Shown: piece after piece, positions 1-9,832 of the stretch | How positions within the stretch are numbered: the stretch's first letter is position 1 | How the letters are laid out: each line of letters starts with the position of its first letter | DNA from: an uncultured virus (IMG/VR IMGVR_UViG_3300001580_000009) | Lineage: Duplodnaviria; Heunggongvirae; Uroviricota; Caudoviricetes | Direction: 5' to 3' (one strand) | DNA length: 64,000 nt | IMG/VR virus record: IMGVR_UViG_3300001580_000009 | Position numbers and translations under genes: made by a program | Notes under the pieces: model-generated | The model's input: the letters and a program-made list of their open reading frames with translations, nothing else | What the model was told of the DNA's origin: nothing | Database searches by the model: none

Positions 1-520
1 AGTAAATGTCATCATTAGCTCTTAGTATGTTAGCAGCATCAAAGGCAGGTTCAGTTTCGTTAAGTGCCAATATATCAGGGTTACCGATACAATTCTTATT
101 GTATAATTTTGTTGGGTCAGGTCTTAACGCATATGTTATGTCACCAAACATATGCAACGCTTCTTCCATACTAGTGTATTCATTTACTCTTGATAACAAT
201 GGAGTAGGTGTCGCTAGTATCAAATTTTCATGTATGAATGTGTCTCTTGGGCAATAGTTGTAATATTCTGGTATTACATTTTTGTTCGGGCGATATACCA
301 CAACACCTAAACTTATTAAGAATTCAGTGAGTGTTTGTAAGTCTTCATTTGCTTCATCAATTACTTGTTGTGGATAAGGTCCTTGAGGTATTAAGTTGAC
401 ATTATCAACGTGTGCGTAATTAACAGTTCTCAAGCTGTCATCTAAAAAAGGTATTGTTGCGTAATCTGCTCTACCAACGATAACTGATTTTAACGGGTCC
501 CATTCATTTTTACTTAACAT
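1..520 (-). CDS. Amidinotransferase (glycine/inosamine-phosphate amidinotransferase family), 5' part; runs off the window
   Basis: Not in the ORF track. Manual translation from ATG at 520 gives MLSKNEWDPLKSVIVGRADYA...YYNYCPRDTF...EPAFDAANILR. The NEWDPLxxVIVG, CPRD and PxFDAAN motifs are typical of L-arginine amidinotransferases (AGAT/StrB1). Overlaps the stop of the upstream gene. Confidence 0.85.
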   Translation of the reverse strand, partial: MLSKNEWDPLKSVIVGRADYATIPFLDDSLRTVNYAHVDNVNLIPQGPYPQQVIDEANEDLQTLTEFLISLGVVVYRPNKNVIPEYYNYCPRDTFIHENLILATPTPLLSRVNEYTSMEEALHMFGDITYALRPDPTKLYNKNCIGNPDILALNETEPAFDAANILRANDDIY

Positions 521-1103
521 GGTCAAATACTTTCAATTCACTAATATCAGGATAATCTTTGTATGACCATTGTCTAGGTGGAGTATCTTTTACTTCATGA
601 AATCGTTGTATACCTAGCATAGCCGTTTCAGGTGTCATATAATAATGATAACCTAGCATGTCTACATCTTGTTCAGCCCATGGTATATCAGGACTACGAC
701 CATCGTAACTCATCTTTTTCAACTTAACGTAGTCTTCATCATTATCTACCAATATCATTCCACCGCGACTTAAACCTAAATGTTTCTTAAACTGAAAACT
801 TAAACACATTAATGTGCCGGGTATATATCCATCTTCTTGCCAATGTACCGCAGCATCAACGATGTTTGAGTTGCCAATGAAATAATACTTCTCCCATTGG
901 TTATCAACGAATGCCCAGTTTAAATTTAACTTCTCAAAAGTCATAGGTATACTTAGGTAAGTATGTTTAGGGCATGAAGTTTGTTTTATTCCTAGAAAAC
1001 GTAAACACAATTCAATTGCATGTGTGCAACTATCAGTAGCCACAGCATAAGGAGCATTGTAATAATCTGCTATTAATTCTTCAAATTGTTTTACTAGTTT
1101 CAT
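510..1103 (-). CDS. Short DegT/DnrJ/EryC1/StrS-family PLP-dependent sugar aminotransferase
   Basis: Motifs FEELIADY..AVATDSCTHAIELCL, IVDAA, SFQFKKHL..GGMI (candidate Schiff-base Lys) and GYHYYMTPETAMLG. Only 197 aa. Confidence 0.8.
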   Translation of the reverse strand: MKLVKQFEELIADYYNAPYAVATDSCTHAIELCLRFLGIKQTSCPKHTYLSIPMTFEKLNLNWAFVDNQWEKYYFIGNSNIVDAAVHWQEDGYIPGTLMCLSFQFKKHLGLSRGGMILVDNDEDYVKLKKMSYDGRSPDIPWAEQDVDMLGYHYYMTPETAMLGIQRFHEVKDTPPRQWSYKDYPDISELKVFDHVK

Positions 1104-3385
1104 AATGGAAATTGTGCTTTTCTTGCTCTGCGAATGTCCGCAATAGAAACGCTTTGAACTGCAGGTTCTATCTTAGGTGGAGCAAAATCTTCAGATTGAT
1201 ATGCTTGTTTTTCTGGAATCTCAGCACGTTTAACATTAGAAACTTCTACATGAAATTCTGAGAAGTTGCCCCAATCACCATGACCTTTCCAATGTAGTTC
1301 AAATGAAAAATCAACTGTGGCATTTAATTCCGCTTCCTCACGTAATAAATCAGAGAAGTCTTGACCACTACGTCCCTCGTCGTCACTCCATTTTGGCTTT
1401 GCTAGTTTTCTAGCGCGTTTTGCGGTGTTACTTTGTAAACGTGAGTAGTCTTGCGCGTAGAAAGGACCCTTACGGCCTGCAGGTGGACGCTCACGTTCAT
1501 CATATGGATTATCGATCTGATCAAACTTAATGTTGAAGTCAGCTTCCCATTTACCAGCCTCGTCAATCTTAAATTTATAAACAGCATTGTACATGCCCGG
1601 ACCATACTGTGTTCCGAACTCTTTTAGATCAATCTCAGGGTTGAAATATACCTCAGCAGTGTAACCACCGCGAATCTTCCATAACATACGGAAGAACGGC
1701 CACATTTCATTTACTAAATGATCCGCAAAAGTATTGATATTAGGTTTGATTATCATGTAATCAAACTTTTCGTACTCAATCTCACGCATCAAGGTAGGAT
1801 TGTCGAACTCAATCTTATAATGTTCTTTAGCAAGGTTAACTCTTACGGGATATGAGATAGGCACTTCGGTTAAACCCTGAAACATATCTAACCACATGTG
1901 AATTGTTTTCACTCGGGTCATAACATGTGTGCCGCCCTTTGTAAAGTCATTGCTAATCCAGTGACCTTGATATTTGTGCCATGACACATTGTAGTCATGA
2001 GGATTCTGACCCACGATTGTTTCAGGACCTAGACCATACCCAACACCTAGTCCCATGTTATTGACGTTGTTGTTACGCATACGCCACATGAATGTCATTG
2101 TGTCTGCGAAGTCTTGATAGTCCTCAGTGGGGAATCCTACAATCCAATTAGTAGCACACCAGATGCCTACCTTCTTGCAGTCAATAAAATTCTGTTCCAT
2201 TTCTTGAACAGTAACGCCCTTGTGCATATCATCTAACACTTTTTGACTGCCGCTTTCGCAACCAAAGTTAAACATGATACAACCACCATCGGCTAAATCT
2301 TGTAGATACGCAAGATCCATGCGACCATCGCAACGAGCATAACCTGTCCAACGAACTTTTAGGTCTTTTGTCTTAAGTGCTAAAGCAAACGCACGTAGTT
2401 CTTTTAGGTTACCATTGATTAAACTATCAATGAACCAAATGATATCAGTGCCTTTATTATAGTACAACCATTCTACTTCGGTAACTAAGTCAACACTTTG
2501 ACGTTGACGATATTTCCAGAAGTGTGTTTCTTCGCAGAATGTACACTTTGCTGTACAGCCTCTACTGATTTCACTGTTGACACCGTTAGGTACTTCGTAT
2601 TCGCTGAAGTCAATAGATTCATAGTCTGGCATCGGCAGACCGTTAATGTTAATACGTTGATCTTCAGGCTGTGTTAGTACTCTGGGATATGAAACTTCTT
2701 TCTTTTCTTCAATTTCATCAAGCATTACTAATAGATTGTTTTCACCTTCACCGATAACAATGTAATCGTAATACTTTTGAATGGGGAACCAACTCTTATG
2801 TACATTTGGTCCACCTACAGCAATCTTAATGTGAGGTGCTCTACGCTTGATTTCTTGACACATCCACTTAGTAGGTTCTTCACTGATATAGTAAACACTA
2901 AAGCCCACAACGTCAGGATTCTTTTCAAGAATCTCATCAACTGCTTTGCTTAGTATTGGCTCTAATACTGGGTGAATGTCCTTCATGTAAGTATCACCTA
3001 GCCAGTGCCAACTTGCACTAGGATCCCAAAGTCTAAATGGTAATTTACGGTTCGGCCACCAATCATCACGGAAAGCGTTATATGCTTTTACGTTTAGATC
3101 CATGATATGTGTTTCATACCCTGCGCTCTTAGCGACACCACTCAGTCTAGCCAAGCTGAACGGGGGCATATACGGGCTCCATTCGGGGCATAACACTAGT
3201 ACTAACTTGGTATTACGTGTCTTATAGTCTACATAAACCGGTGTTAAGTTTTTCTGCACCGTAGGTTTGGCATACGGGGCAATGGCTTCCATCATCGCAC
3301 GATGGCGAACATCCGCAACGTCCTCGGTAGGTCTTTCCTTGGGTTTTAATTCATCGGTTGCTAAATGTCTAAGGGTGAAATCCAA
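1100..3385 (-). CDS. Cobalamin-dependent (class B) radical SAM enzyme, putative methyltransferase
   Basis: N-terminal B12-binding-type region (PPFSLARL, DLN, PDVVGFSVY, VGGPN, GEGE), then SRGCTAKCTFC, GCESGSQKVL and WIVGFPTE. TTG start preceded by GGAG. Confidence 0.88.
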   Translation of the reverse strand: MDFTLRHLATDELKPKERPTEDVADVRHRAMMEAIAPYAKPTVQKNLTPVYVDYKTRNTKLVLVLCPEWSPYMPPFSLARLSGVAKSAGYETHIMDLNVKAYNAFRDDWWPNRKLPFRLWDPSASWHWLGDTYMKDIHPVLEPILSKAVDEILEKNPDVVGFSVYYISEEPTKWMCQEIKRRAPHIKIAVGGPNVHKSWFPIQKYYDYIVIGEGENNLLVMLDEIEEKKEVSYPRVLTQPEDQRININGLPMPDYESIDFSEYEVPNGVNSEISRGCTAKCTFCEETHFWKYRQRQSVDLVTEVEWLYYNKGTDIIWFIDSLINGNLKELRAFALALKTKDLKVRWTGYARCDGRMDLAYLQDLADGGCIMFNFGCESGSQKVLDDMHKGVTVQEMEQNFIDCKKVGIWCATNWIVGFPTEDYQDFADTMTFMWRMRNNNVNNMGLGVGYGLGPETIVGQNPHDYNVSWHKYQGHWISNDFTKGGTHVMTRVKTIHMWLDMFQGLTEVPISYPVRVNLAKEHYKIEFDNPTLMREIEYEKFDYMIIKPNINTFADHLVNEMWPFFRMLWKIRGGYTAEVYFNPEIDLKEFGTQYGPGMYNAVYKFKIDEAGKWEADFNIKFDQIDNPYDERERPPAGRKGPFYAQDYSRLQSNTAKRARKLAKPKWSDDEGRSGQDFSDLLREEAELNATVDFSFELHWKGHGDWGNFSEFHVEVSNVKRAEIPEKQAYQSEDFAPPKIEPAVQSVSIADIRRARKAQFPL

Positions 3386-3397
3386 AATTAAGCTCCA

Positions 3398-4519
3398 TTA
3401 ATCTTTGAACAAGTATTCTATATTTAGACTATATCTGTAGTCGTCGTTAGAAAAGAAATGGTGCTGGTTATAATCAACTATGTCCTTTACCTTATATTGC
3501 CATTCAAGCATTTCTTCGGGTGTGAAACTACACAGTCGGCTTATTTCTTTTGTTATTAGATTAAACCGTTCATAATCATCTTCTACGGTGTCGTAATCCT
3601 CGTTAATATAAGGTGCAAACGTTTTAAACCCCTGTTTTCTAAGTGCGGCAAGCGAGAATGGCCTGGCTAATAATATAAATGGATGCGGTAATACAAAACA
3701 CCTATATACTTTTTCAGTAAAGAATATACATTCTAGTTGCTGTGCAATATGATGTTTACCGTTACGGTTATTTTCTGAAAAATAATTAGTTTCGGTTACT
3801 ACTGAAAATGCACTGTTTTGAAAATAGTAGAAATCATCAGGTCTAATGTCAACCGGGTTAGAACGTTCTTCAGTGATATTCAAACGCAACGGCAACATAT
3901 GCCTATTCATGCGAATATGAGGGAAAAGATTTCCTGAATTTTGCAATAATCTATTCCAGTCCCCATCACCTTCAAATGAATAAAAAGCCTTTTGAATAAG
4001 ATCAGTTGCCAACATTTTCTCAAACAACATCAGCCTGTGTTCTCTGCTCAGTTTATTAAAGCAAATAAAATATTTTTCTTTTACTGAGGGCTCATAACGA
4101 ACCATGTATTCATAACCCCTGGAACTTTGTCTAGTATAAAATTTAAACGAATTGCCAGAAAGAACCGATATTCTTTTATTCCAATTCATCTTATCTGCGA
4201 ACTTTGAATACACTTCTTCGGTATCCATAGCCCCTGACAGGTAAAATAAATCTTTGCTATCTACTTCATTTTCTAATACATCTGCTATACGATGTATTTT
4301 CTGTATGATGTGGCCCATGACTCCTTCAGCCATGCCATGGAATAGAAATTTAGATTTACCTTTTTGCTTGGCTTCACGGATATCATTAATGATATCCGTG
4401 AAAGACCTCATCATAAAACTATGTTGACTATGGACGCCAGCATATATCGGGTATATTTTATCATCGAACTGTCTTAATTCTGGCCAGATATTATAGATGT
4501 GTTCGAGGTGGGCATCCAA
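3398..4519 (-). CDS. Glycosyltransferase-like protein (VTET/TEK family, GT10-like C-terminal motif)
   Basis: FICFNKLSREHR...FSVVTET...FFTEKVY...HPFILL...LRKQGFKTF...NEDYD. Paralogous to four other genes in the cluster. TTG start is uncertain. Confidence 0.55.
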   Translation of the reverse strand: MDAHLEHIYNIWPELRQFDDKIYPIYAGVHSQHSFMMRSFTDIINDIREAKQKGKSKFLFHGMAEGVMGHIIQKIHRIADVLENEVDSKDLFYLSGAMDTEEVYSKFADKMNWNKRISVLSGNSFKFYTRQSSRGYEYMVRYEPSVKEKYFICFNKLSREHRLMLFEKMLATDLIQKAFYSFEGDGDWNRLLQNSGNLFPHIRMNRHMLPLRLNITEERSNPVDIRPDDFYYFQNSAFSVVTETNYFSENNRNGKHHIAQQLECIFFTEKVYRCFVLPHPFILLARPFSLAALRKQGFKTFAPYINEDYDTVEDDYERFNLITKEISRLCSFTPEEMLEWQYKVKDIVDYNQHHFFSNDDYRYSLNIEYLFKD

Positions 4520-4530
4520 TTCTTGTTGTT

Positions 4531-5721
4531 CTACCTCATACTTTTTTTTGGACGAGTGTCTCCGTAATGAACTACTTCAACCCCTTGCAATTCCATCTTA
4601 CGCCATGGATCAATGATCGTGGCATGATTAGGAAATGCAATACGTTCAACGTAATCTTCCCAATAACCAATCAAGAACACTTGAGTCCAATCAGGTTTTA
4701 GGTCTAGATCACCGGTGTGAATGTCGTAATAATTTACAGTGCCGCCATGTTGTTCAATATAATGACCAACTAGCATACTTGCAGAACCGTGCGTATATGG
4801 GACCTTTGGCTTATAGGCTTTACCAACGATAGTAACATTCTTGCCGTATTCTAAGCACTTCTTAGCCATGCGTTCAGCTTGTACTTCTCTGGCACGCATG
4901 ATTGCGTCAAATAGGTCATAGCCTAAGCCTAAACGATCGGCTAGATAGCGTAGTGCGATGTTATCGCGTGGGTGACACGCACCTGCATCACCTAAGCCGG
5001 CCTTCATATAAGCAGGACCTGTAATGCGATAGGTACTCTTTGCTAATGCGTTAGTAACAACATCAACATTCATGTTACCGTTCGTTTCCGCTACGTCTTG
5101 TATCATGTTAACTAGTGCTAGCTTAGTACTGATGAACGTATTATAGAAAATCTTGATAGCTTCCGCTTCATCCCATGTACCAACTTCGTAGCGAGGATCG
5201 TTTTCCATTAATGGGCGATAGAATTCAATTAATTCGTGTGCGTCACCTGTCAAGCTACCATCTTCAGTACCAATGATAACCATTTCAGGATTCTTCATAT
5301 CCCATTTGATCGTGCCCATAGCAATCAAGTATGGATTATAAATGAAACGTGCGTTAGTAATACAAGGCTCTAAATGTCTGCGAACAGTACCCGGTAATAC
5401 AGTGCTAATTAATACGACTAGTTGATTCTTGTTGACATACTTATTAACTTCGTTAAGGATGTCCATAACGATAGTGTAGTCAAAGTCTTTATTGGGTAAA
5501 TGACTACTAGGTGTTTCTCCACCATAGATAGGATCATGCGGTGTGGGTGCAGCGATGAAGATAATATCTCTATCACTAACTGCATCTTGAATCGTACTAC
5601 GCATAGGGAACGCAGGATTTCTAGGTTCTACATCGTAACCTACTACATCATACTTTTCTGCCATTACTTCAGCACAATCTTGGCCTAGTTTACCAACGCC
5701 GATCATCGCCACTTTCTTCAT
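4531..5721 (-). CDS. UDP-glucose/GDP-mannose 6-dehydrogenase family protein
   Basis: IGVGKLG Rossmann motif, IAAPTP, STVLPGT, YNP, AEAIKIFYNTF and GDAGACHPRD (catalytic Cys). SD AGGAGA. Confidence 0.9.
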   Translation of the reverse strand: MKKVAMIGVGKLGQDCAEVMAEKYDVVGYDVEPRNPAFPMRSTIQDAVSDRDIIFIAAPTPHDPIYGGETPSSHLPNKDFDYTIVMDILNEVNKYVNKNQLVVLISTVLPGTVRRHLEPCITNARFIYNPYLIAMGTIKWDMKNPEMVIIGTEDGSLTGDAHELIEFYRPLMENDPRYEVGTWDEAEAIKIFYNTFISTKLALVNMIQDVAETNGNMNVDVVTNALAKSTYRITGPAYMKAGLGDAGACHPRDNIALRYLADRLGLGYDLFDAIMRAREVQAERMAKKCLEYGKNVTIVGKAYKPKVPYTHGSASMLVGHYIEQHGGTVNYYDIHTGDLDLKPDWTQVFLIGYWEDYVERIAFPNHATIIDPWRKMELQGVEVVHYGDTRPKKSMR

Positions 5722-5744
5722 ATTTTCTCCTGATATCTTGATTT

Positions 5745-5752
5745 TATTTATA
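5745..5752 (-). promoter_or_regulatory. T4-type late promoter TATAAATA
   Basis: Exact T4 late consensus in the short intergenic gap upstream of the dehydrogenase. gp55 is encoded in the window. Confidence 0.7.
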
Positions 5753-5771
5753 GACTAATGAGTTATCCAAA

Positions 5772-6569
5772 TTAAAACATATTCTCATATGCAATATCTC
5801 GTATTTTCCATTCACGGGCAAATTCTCTTTCTAAGTCCTTATGGGTCTTACAATATGATAGCCTATCTTCTACGTTTTGCACGTAGTCTTCACTTGCTTG
5901 TGTTAGAGGCATTCCTATTTTTTCTAGATAATTTTTGTACCTGCGTGGTCTAGGGTGCGGATCGTGCATCAAATGCCCCTCATTATTTAAATAAGAAACT
6001 TGTGTAGACCAAGCATTTCCAAATTCCAAATCAAACAACGAAGGATGAAACTTTGTTAAAGTTTTTTCATAGATGGCAAAGGCTTCTTTTTCGATGTGGC
6101 CACCGAAGTCTCCATGCTTACGCTCACAGTCCCAACCCGTAGCCATCATAAAATGAGAATCGCACTCTAATGACTCAATGTATCGTCTAGAGGATTCTAT
6201 TAATGCTAAATCTCTAATAACATAACCTGCCGGATCGGCATACTTTCTCACAAATGCGTCATCATATGTAACATTGTTATAAATATTCCCGCCTAATTTC
6301 CAGCCACCGTCAAACCATCGGTCTTCCCTATAAAATGTACTATACATGACCATTATTAGGTCGTCCTTATTAAAATTAAAACGCATGTTAGCTTCGGCTA
6401 AACGAACCGTTATGAACAAATTGCCGCCGCCTGAACAACCCAAATTATGATATTCGGCGTTTGGCATTTCACTAGACATAACATCCGCCCATGTAGGATA
6501 TATGTGGCTTGTAAAACTACATCCGAAAGCGAAGAAGCGTTTGTATTTGTTAAAATCAATGGATATCAT
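5772..6569 (-). CDS. SGNH/GDSL-like protein (putative acyl-transferase/esterase)
   Basis: FGCSFT (block I variant GCS), NLGCSGGGN (block II) and DPHP (block V DxxH-like). Confidence 0.55.
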   Translation of the reverse strand: MISIDFNKYKRFFAFGCSFTSHIYPTWADVMSSEMPNAEYHNLGCSGGGNLFITVRLAEANMRFNFNKDDLIMVMYSTFYREDRWFDGGWKLGGNIYNNVTYDDAFVRKYADPAGYVIRDLALIESSRRYIESLECDSHFMMATGWDCERKHGDFGGHIEKEAFAIYEKTLTKFHPSLFDLEFGNAWSTQVSYLNNEGHLMHDPHPRPRRYKNYLEKIGMPLTQASEDYVQNVEDRLSYCKTHKDLEREFAREWKIRDIAYENMF

Positions 6570-8637
6570 TTTTATACCTTTTTACTTCAGTAATCTGTGT
6601 TAGTGTCGATTCAGCTCCTGCTAAGAAAAGTCTATCTTTTAAATCTAAAACGTCTTTGGGCCAGTTATCAAACACATACGATAACGCCAATTGCCTATTA
6701 AAAACTAATTTATCTTTAATTTTTTCACGAAGCTCTGTTAAATTTTGATGCTTCAATCGATTCAAGTTTTGTACTATTCCTTCATACCTAGTTTCTAGGT
6801 CATGTTCTGAATCAAAACTATAGTCAAAGATTTCGTCATAGAGTTTAAATCCAAATGACTCTAGAATTTTGTGGAAGTTAACACAACCGGCTACCAAAAA
6901 CGGTTTATTGAATAATAAGGGAACCGCGGTTTTTTCTGTCAGAAAGAAATCTTCTTCGTCGGTTTCAGGAACTAACTGCATAAAACTATGCTTATACTGA
7001 ATGGGTAATATTTCCTGATTAAATTTAGTTTCTTTAGTTTGATCTAATATTAAAACTTCAGGCTTCCAGTACCTATAGGGGTAACCTACATACTCACTGT
7101 CTGTTATCCCTTCAGGAATAAGGTGTCTTACCGCATCTAGATTACGCTGGCGGTCAAGCCATGCGATTGCGCCGTGCCGCAGCAGTTGATGCTTAGCCAA
7201 CAAGTCCATGAGAAGGCACCGATGATTTTTAGATAAATTGTTTAAAGACACGAACAAAAATTTAAACTCATCAGTACTCAAACACACCGAGTTTTCAGAA
7301 ATGTCCATACCATTATTATTATTAATATTTTTATTATTCGGCATGGACATGTAATAAAAAGTTCTTACCAGCCAATATAGTGGCCACGATATCATCCTTA
7401 CTTTTCTCCACCTAACATCCCTCATGAGGCTAAATGGTTTGTTAATTTGACCAGAATAAGGTGATACTAATTGTACTTCAATATGATATTGATTGCACAA
7501 TTCTAAACAATTTTCCAAAAACGAACCCATGTATGTACAATTTAATTCTGTTAGGCTATCCAACACCACAGTATGTATGGTGTCCTTCTCATTACTGATT
7601 TCATCTAAGAACTTGTTATGATCGTCATGCCACCGAGGTATGACTTTTATTGTTTTGGTTTGATTGACGAACATCGTATAACCATAATTAAATTCAGGAT
7701 TATTTTTATGCTCGTTTACTACATCTTTTACAATTTGAGGAATCAATGTACCATCACGAATGATTTCTAATGCTCTATTATAATTGTATAGTATTTTATC
7801 TTTCAATCGGTTATACAACAGAGTTGTATTGGTATCGCATAGTTTATGCAACTGCTCAACTAACATGCTTATGCGTGTGTTTAAGTCAGGTTCTTGATCA
7901 AAACTATAATCTATTATTTCATCATAAAGTTTAAACCCTAGTTCAACCAATCGCTGATGAAACCCAGGTAAAGAAACGACTGCAAATGGTTTCTTCAGCA
8001 AAATTGGTGTAACCGTTTTCTCTGTTATGAAATTAACTGTGGTGGTGGCCTCCGTTACTAAATGAAAGAATGCGTCATGAAATTCATCGGGCAATAAAAA
8101 TGAATCACGTTTAACATCGAATCCGTCATTTAGAATACGTTTTTTGGTCCTATCAAAAAAGACAAAAGGATAATTAGGATTCTCATTCAAAAAATCATGC
8201 CAAGTCACGATTCCTTTATCGATAAGACCAGTTTTAGCTAATTCTTCAATGGTAGCGCATCGATGAAAGTGCGCTCGATTGTTTAAACAAATGAAGGGGT
8301 ATTTGAATTGGGCCGACGGTTCATATTCTGAATGCCTCATTACGCTTTTAAATTGTAGCTCGGACAAATTAAACCATGCCGTATTCCAAAAGTGCAAATT
8401 TGAATATTCTAGACCTACGGACTGACACATTTCTTTATAGTATTCCCCGTTGAAGCTACCATAAAGTATGTGCAAATTAATATTAGCCTCTTTCAGTGCA
8501 TCTATTGTGTCTTTACCACCAAACCTACATTCCCATTCTTTATCAAACAATATAACAATGTCTCGATCCCCCGCCGCATTGGACTTCTGAATTAGAATTT
8601 CTTTGGAAAACGGTTCTGATATATCAATAAAAATCAT
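6556..8637 (-). CDS. Tandem two-domain glycosyltransferase-like protein (VTET/TEK family)
   Basis: Two homologous halves: CLNNRAHFHRC..LVTEAT..FITEKT..KPF..GFKLYDEIIDYSFD and SLNNLSKNHRC..LVPETD..FLTEKT..KPF..GFKLYDEIFDYSFD. Confidence 0.6.
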   Translation of the reverse strand: MIFIDISEPFSKEILIQKSNAAGDRDIVILFDKEWECRFGGKDTIDALKEANINLHILYGSFNGEYYKEMCQSVGLEYSNLHFWNTAWFNLSELQFKSVMRHSEYEPSAQFKYPFICLNNRAHFHRCATIEELAKTGLIDKGIVTWHDFLNENPNYPFVFFDRTKKRILNDGFDVKRDSFLLPDEFHDAFFHLVTEATTTVNFITEKTVTPILLKKPFAVVSLPGFHQRLVELGFKLYDEIIDYSFDQEPDLNTRISMLVEQLHKLCDTNTTLLYNRLKDKILYNYNRALEIIRDGTLIPQIVKDVVNEHKNNPEFNYGYTMFVNQTKTIKVIPRWHDDHNKFLDEISNEKDTIHTVVLDSLTELNCTYMGSFLENCLELCNQYHIEVQLVSPYSGQINKPFSLMRDVRWRKVRMISWPLYWLVRTFYYMSMPNNKNINNNNGMDISENSVCLSTDEFKFLFVSLNNLSKNHRCLLMDLLAKHQLLRHGAIAWLDRQRNLDAVRHLIPEGITDSEYVGYPYRYWKPEVLILDQTKETKFNQEILPIQYKHSFMQLVPETDEEDFFLTEKTAVPLLFNKPFLVAGCVNFHKILESFGFKLYDEIFDYSFDSEHDLETRYEGIVQNLNRLKHQNLTELREKIKDKLVFNRQLALSYVFDNWPKDVLDLKDRLFLAGAESTLTQITEVKRYKNDIH

Positions 8638-9832
8638 TTTGGTTTTCAGTTAGTACATGTAATTCAGAACTAGCCAACAGCTTGGCGTGATTATGCAATC
8701 TTGCTTCAAGAGTGTTTTGTTGAAGCTCAAGCCAATCCAAATCACTAAATTTTTTGCACATATGCTCGACTATATCCATTATTTTCTGAAGCCTAAGCTC
8801 ATCGTCTTCTATGTCATCGTATGATTCATCGATAAAAGGTGAAAACGTTTTGTAGCCTATATCCCGCAGATGCTTCAATATATGCGGGCGTCCAACGATA
8901 ATGAAAGGGTGCTTAGCCATNATNGGNCNAAANGTTTTTTCAGTGNTAAAAAAGCAATCCATAGATACTTCATCCATTNGATTTTTGTTCTTCNCGAAGC
9001 ACAANGTTTCANTTACGAGACTAAAATAAGTTTCATTGTATAATGGNACATCATCTGGNGTTACATAATGCTTAGGATTTGACACNGGATAGTTAAGNAG
9101 CATGGGAAACTTGTCCGCGTNTGATATTANTGCAGTTTTAATTTCATCAAACTTAACTGATGACATATTGTTTTCTTCTACTACCTGACGCAAAGTTTCC
9201 ATTTCTTNAATAATAGGACTTCTATTTAAGAAAGAATAATGGGCGCACGATAACAAATTTCTAATTATAAATTCACCAACCACATATAATCTATGTGCCC
9301 TAGAAACTCCGTTCAAGCATAAAACTTTTTTCTTTTTTACTATGGGTTCGGTAACAATGTTTTCAACTTCAGGTAGACTTAAATTTAAATTAAAACTTCC
9401 ACTACTTTCCCACATGTTAGATAGATGCAGTTTGACTGGAAGCCATCCAAATTTGTCACAATACTCTTTATACAAATCAAAATTATGTTTAACTGGACTA
9501 GCACCTAAAAGTAAATGAAAATATTCATCTGATATATTGTATTTTTCTTTCAAAATTTTAAAAATAGTATCAGCCTGCTGAATATAGCTACCGGGAAAAC
9601 CCTCACTAGATATAGCTATAACTATTTCAGCAGGGTTTTTTCTAAACTTATTAGCAATTAAACAAGCAACTATCCTCGGTGACCATATTCCATTAGAATG
9701 CGTGTTACTACCGATGACTGCTCCATTAGCAACAATAGCATTGGAAAATAAATATTGCCGCACTACCCTCTTGTCGTGCTGATCAACATCCTCTAAATCT
9801 ACATACCTTAAGGTTTTATTTTCGTTATCCAT
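8624..9832 (-). CDS. Glycosyltransferase-like protein (VTET/TEK family); contains ambiguous bases
   Basis: CLNGVSRAHR...FSLVxE...FFxTEK...KHPFIIVG...GYKTFSPFIDESYD. 17 N bases at 8921-9208. Confidence 0.55.
   Translation of the reverse strand: MDNENKTLRYVDLEDVDQHDKRVVRQYLFSNAIVANGAVIGSNTHSNGIWSPRIVACLIANKFRKNPAEIVIAISSEGFPGSYIQQADTIFKILKEKYNISDEYFHLLLGASPVKHNFDLYKEYCDKFGWLPVKLHLSNMWESSGSFNLNLSLPEVENIVTEPIVKKKKVLCLNGVSRAHRLYVVGEFIIRNLLSCAHYSFLNRSPIIXEMETLRQVVEENNMSSVKFDEIKTAXISXADKFPMXLNYXVSNPKHYVXPDDXPLYNETYFSLVXEXLCFXKNKNXMDEVSMDCFFXTEKXFXXXMAKHPFIIVGRPHILKHLRDIGYKTFSPFIDESYDDIEDDELRLQKIMDIVEHMCKKFSDLDWLELQQNTLEARLHNHAKLLASSELHVLTENQNDFY

Noticed and set aside
6..257. Plus-strand 83-aa ORF
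   Set aside because: Antisense shadow of the amidinotransferase, which has clear family motifs on the minus strand.
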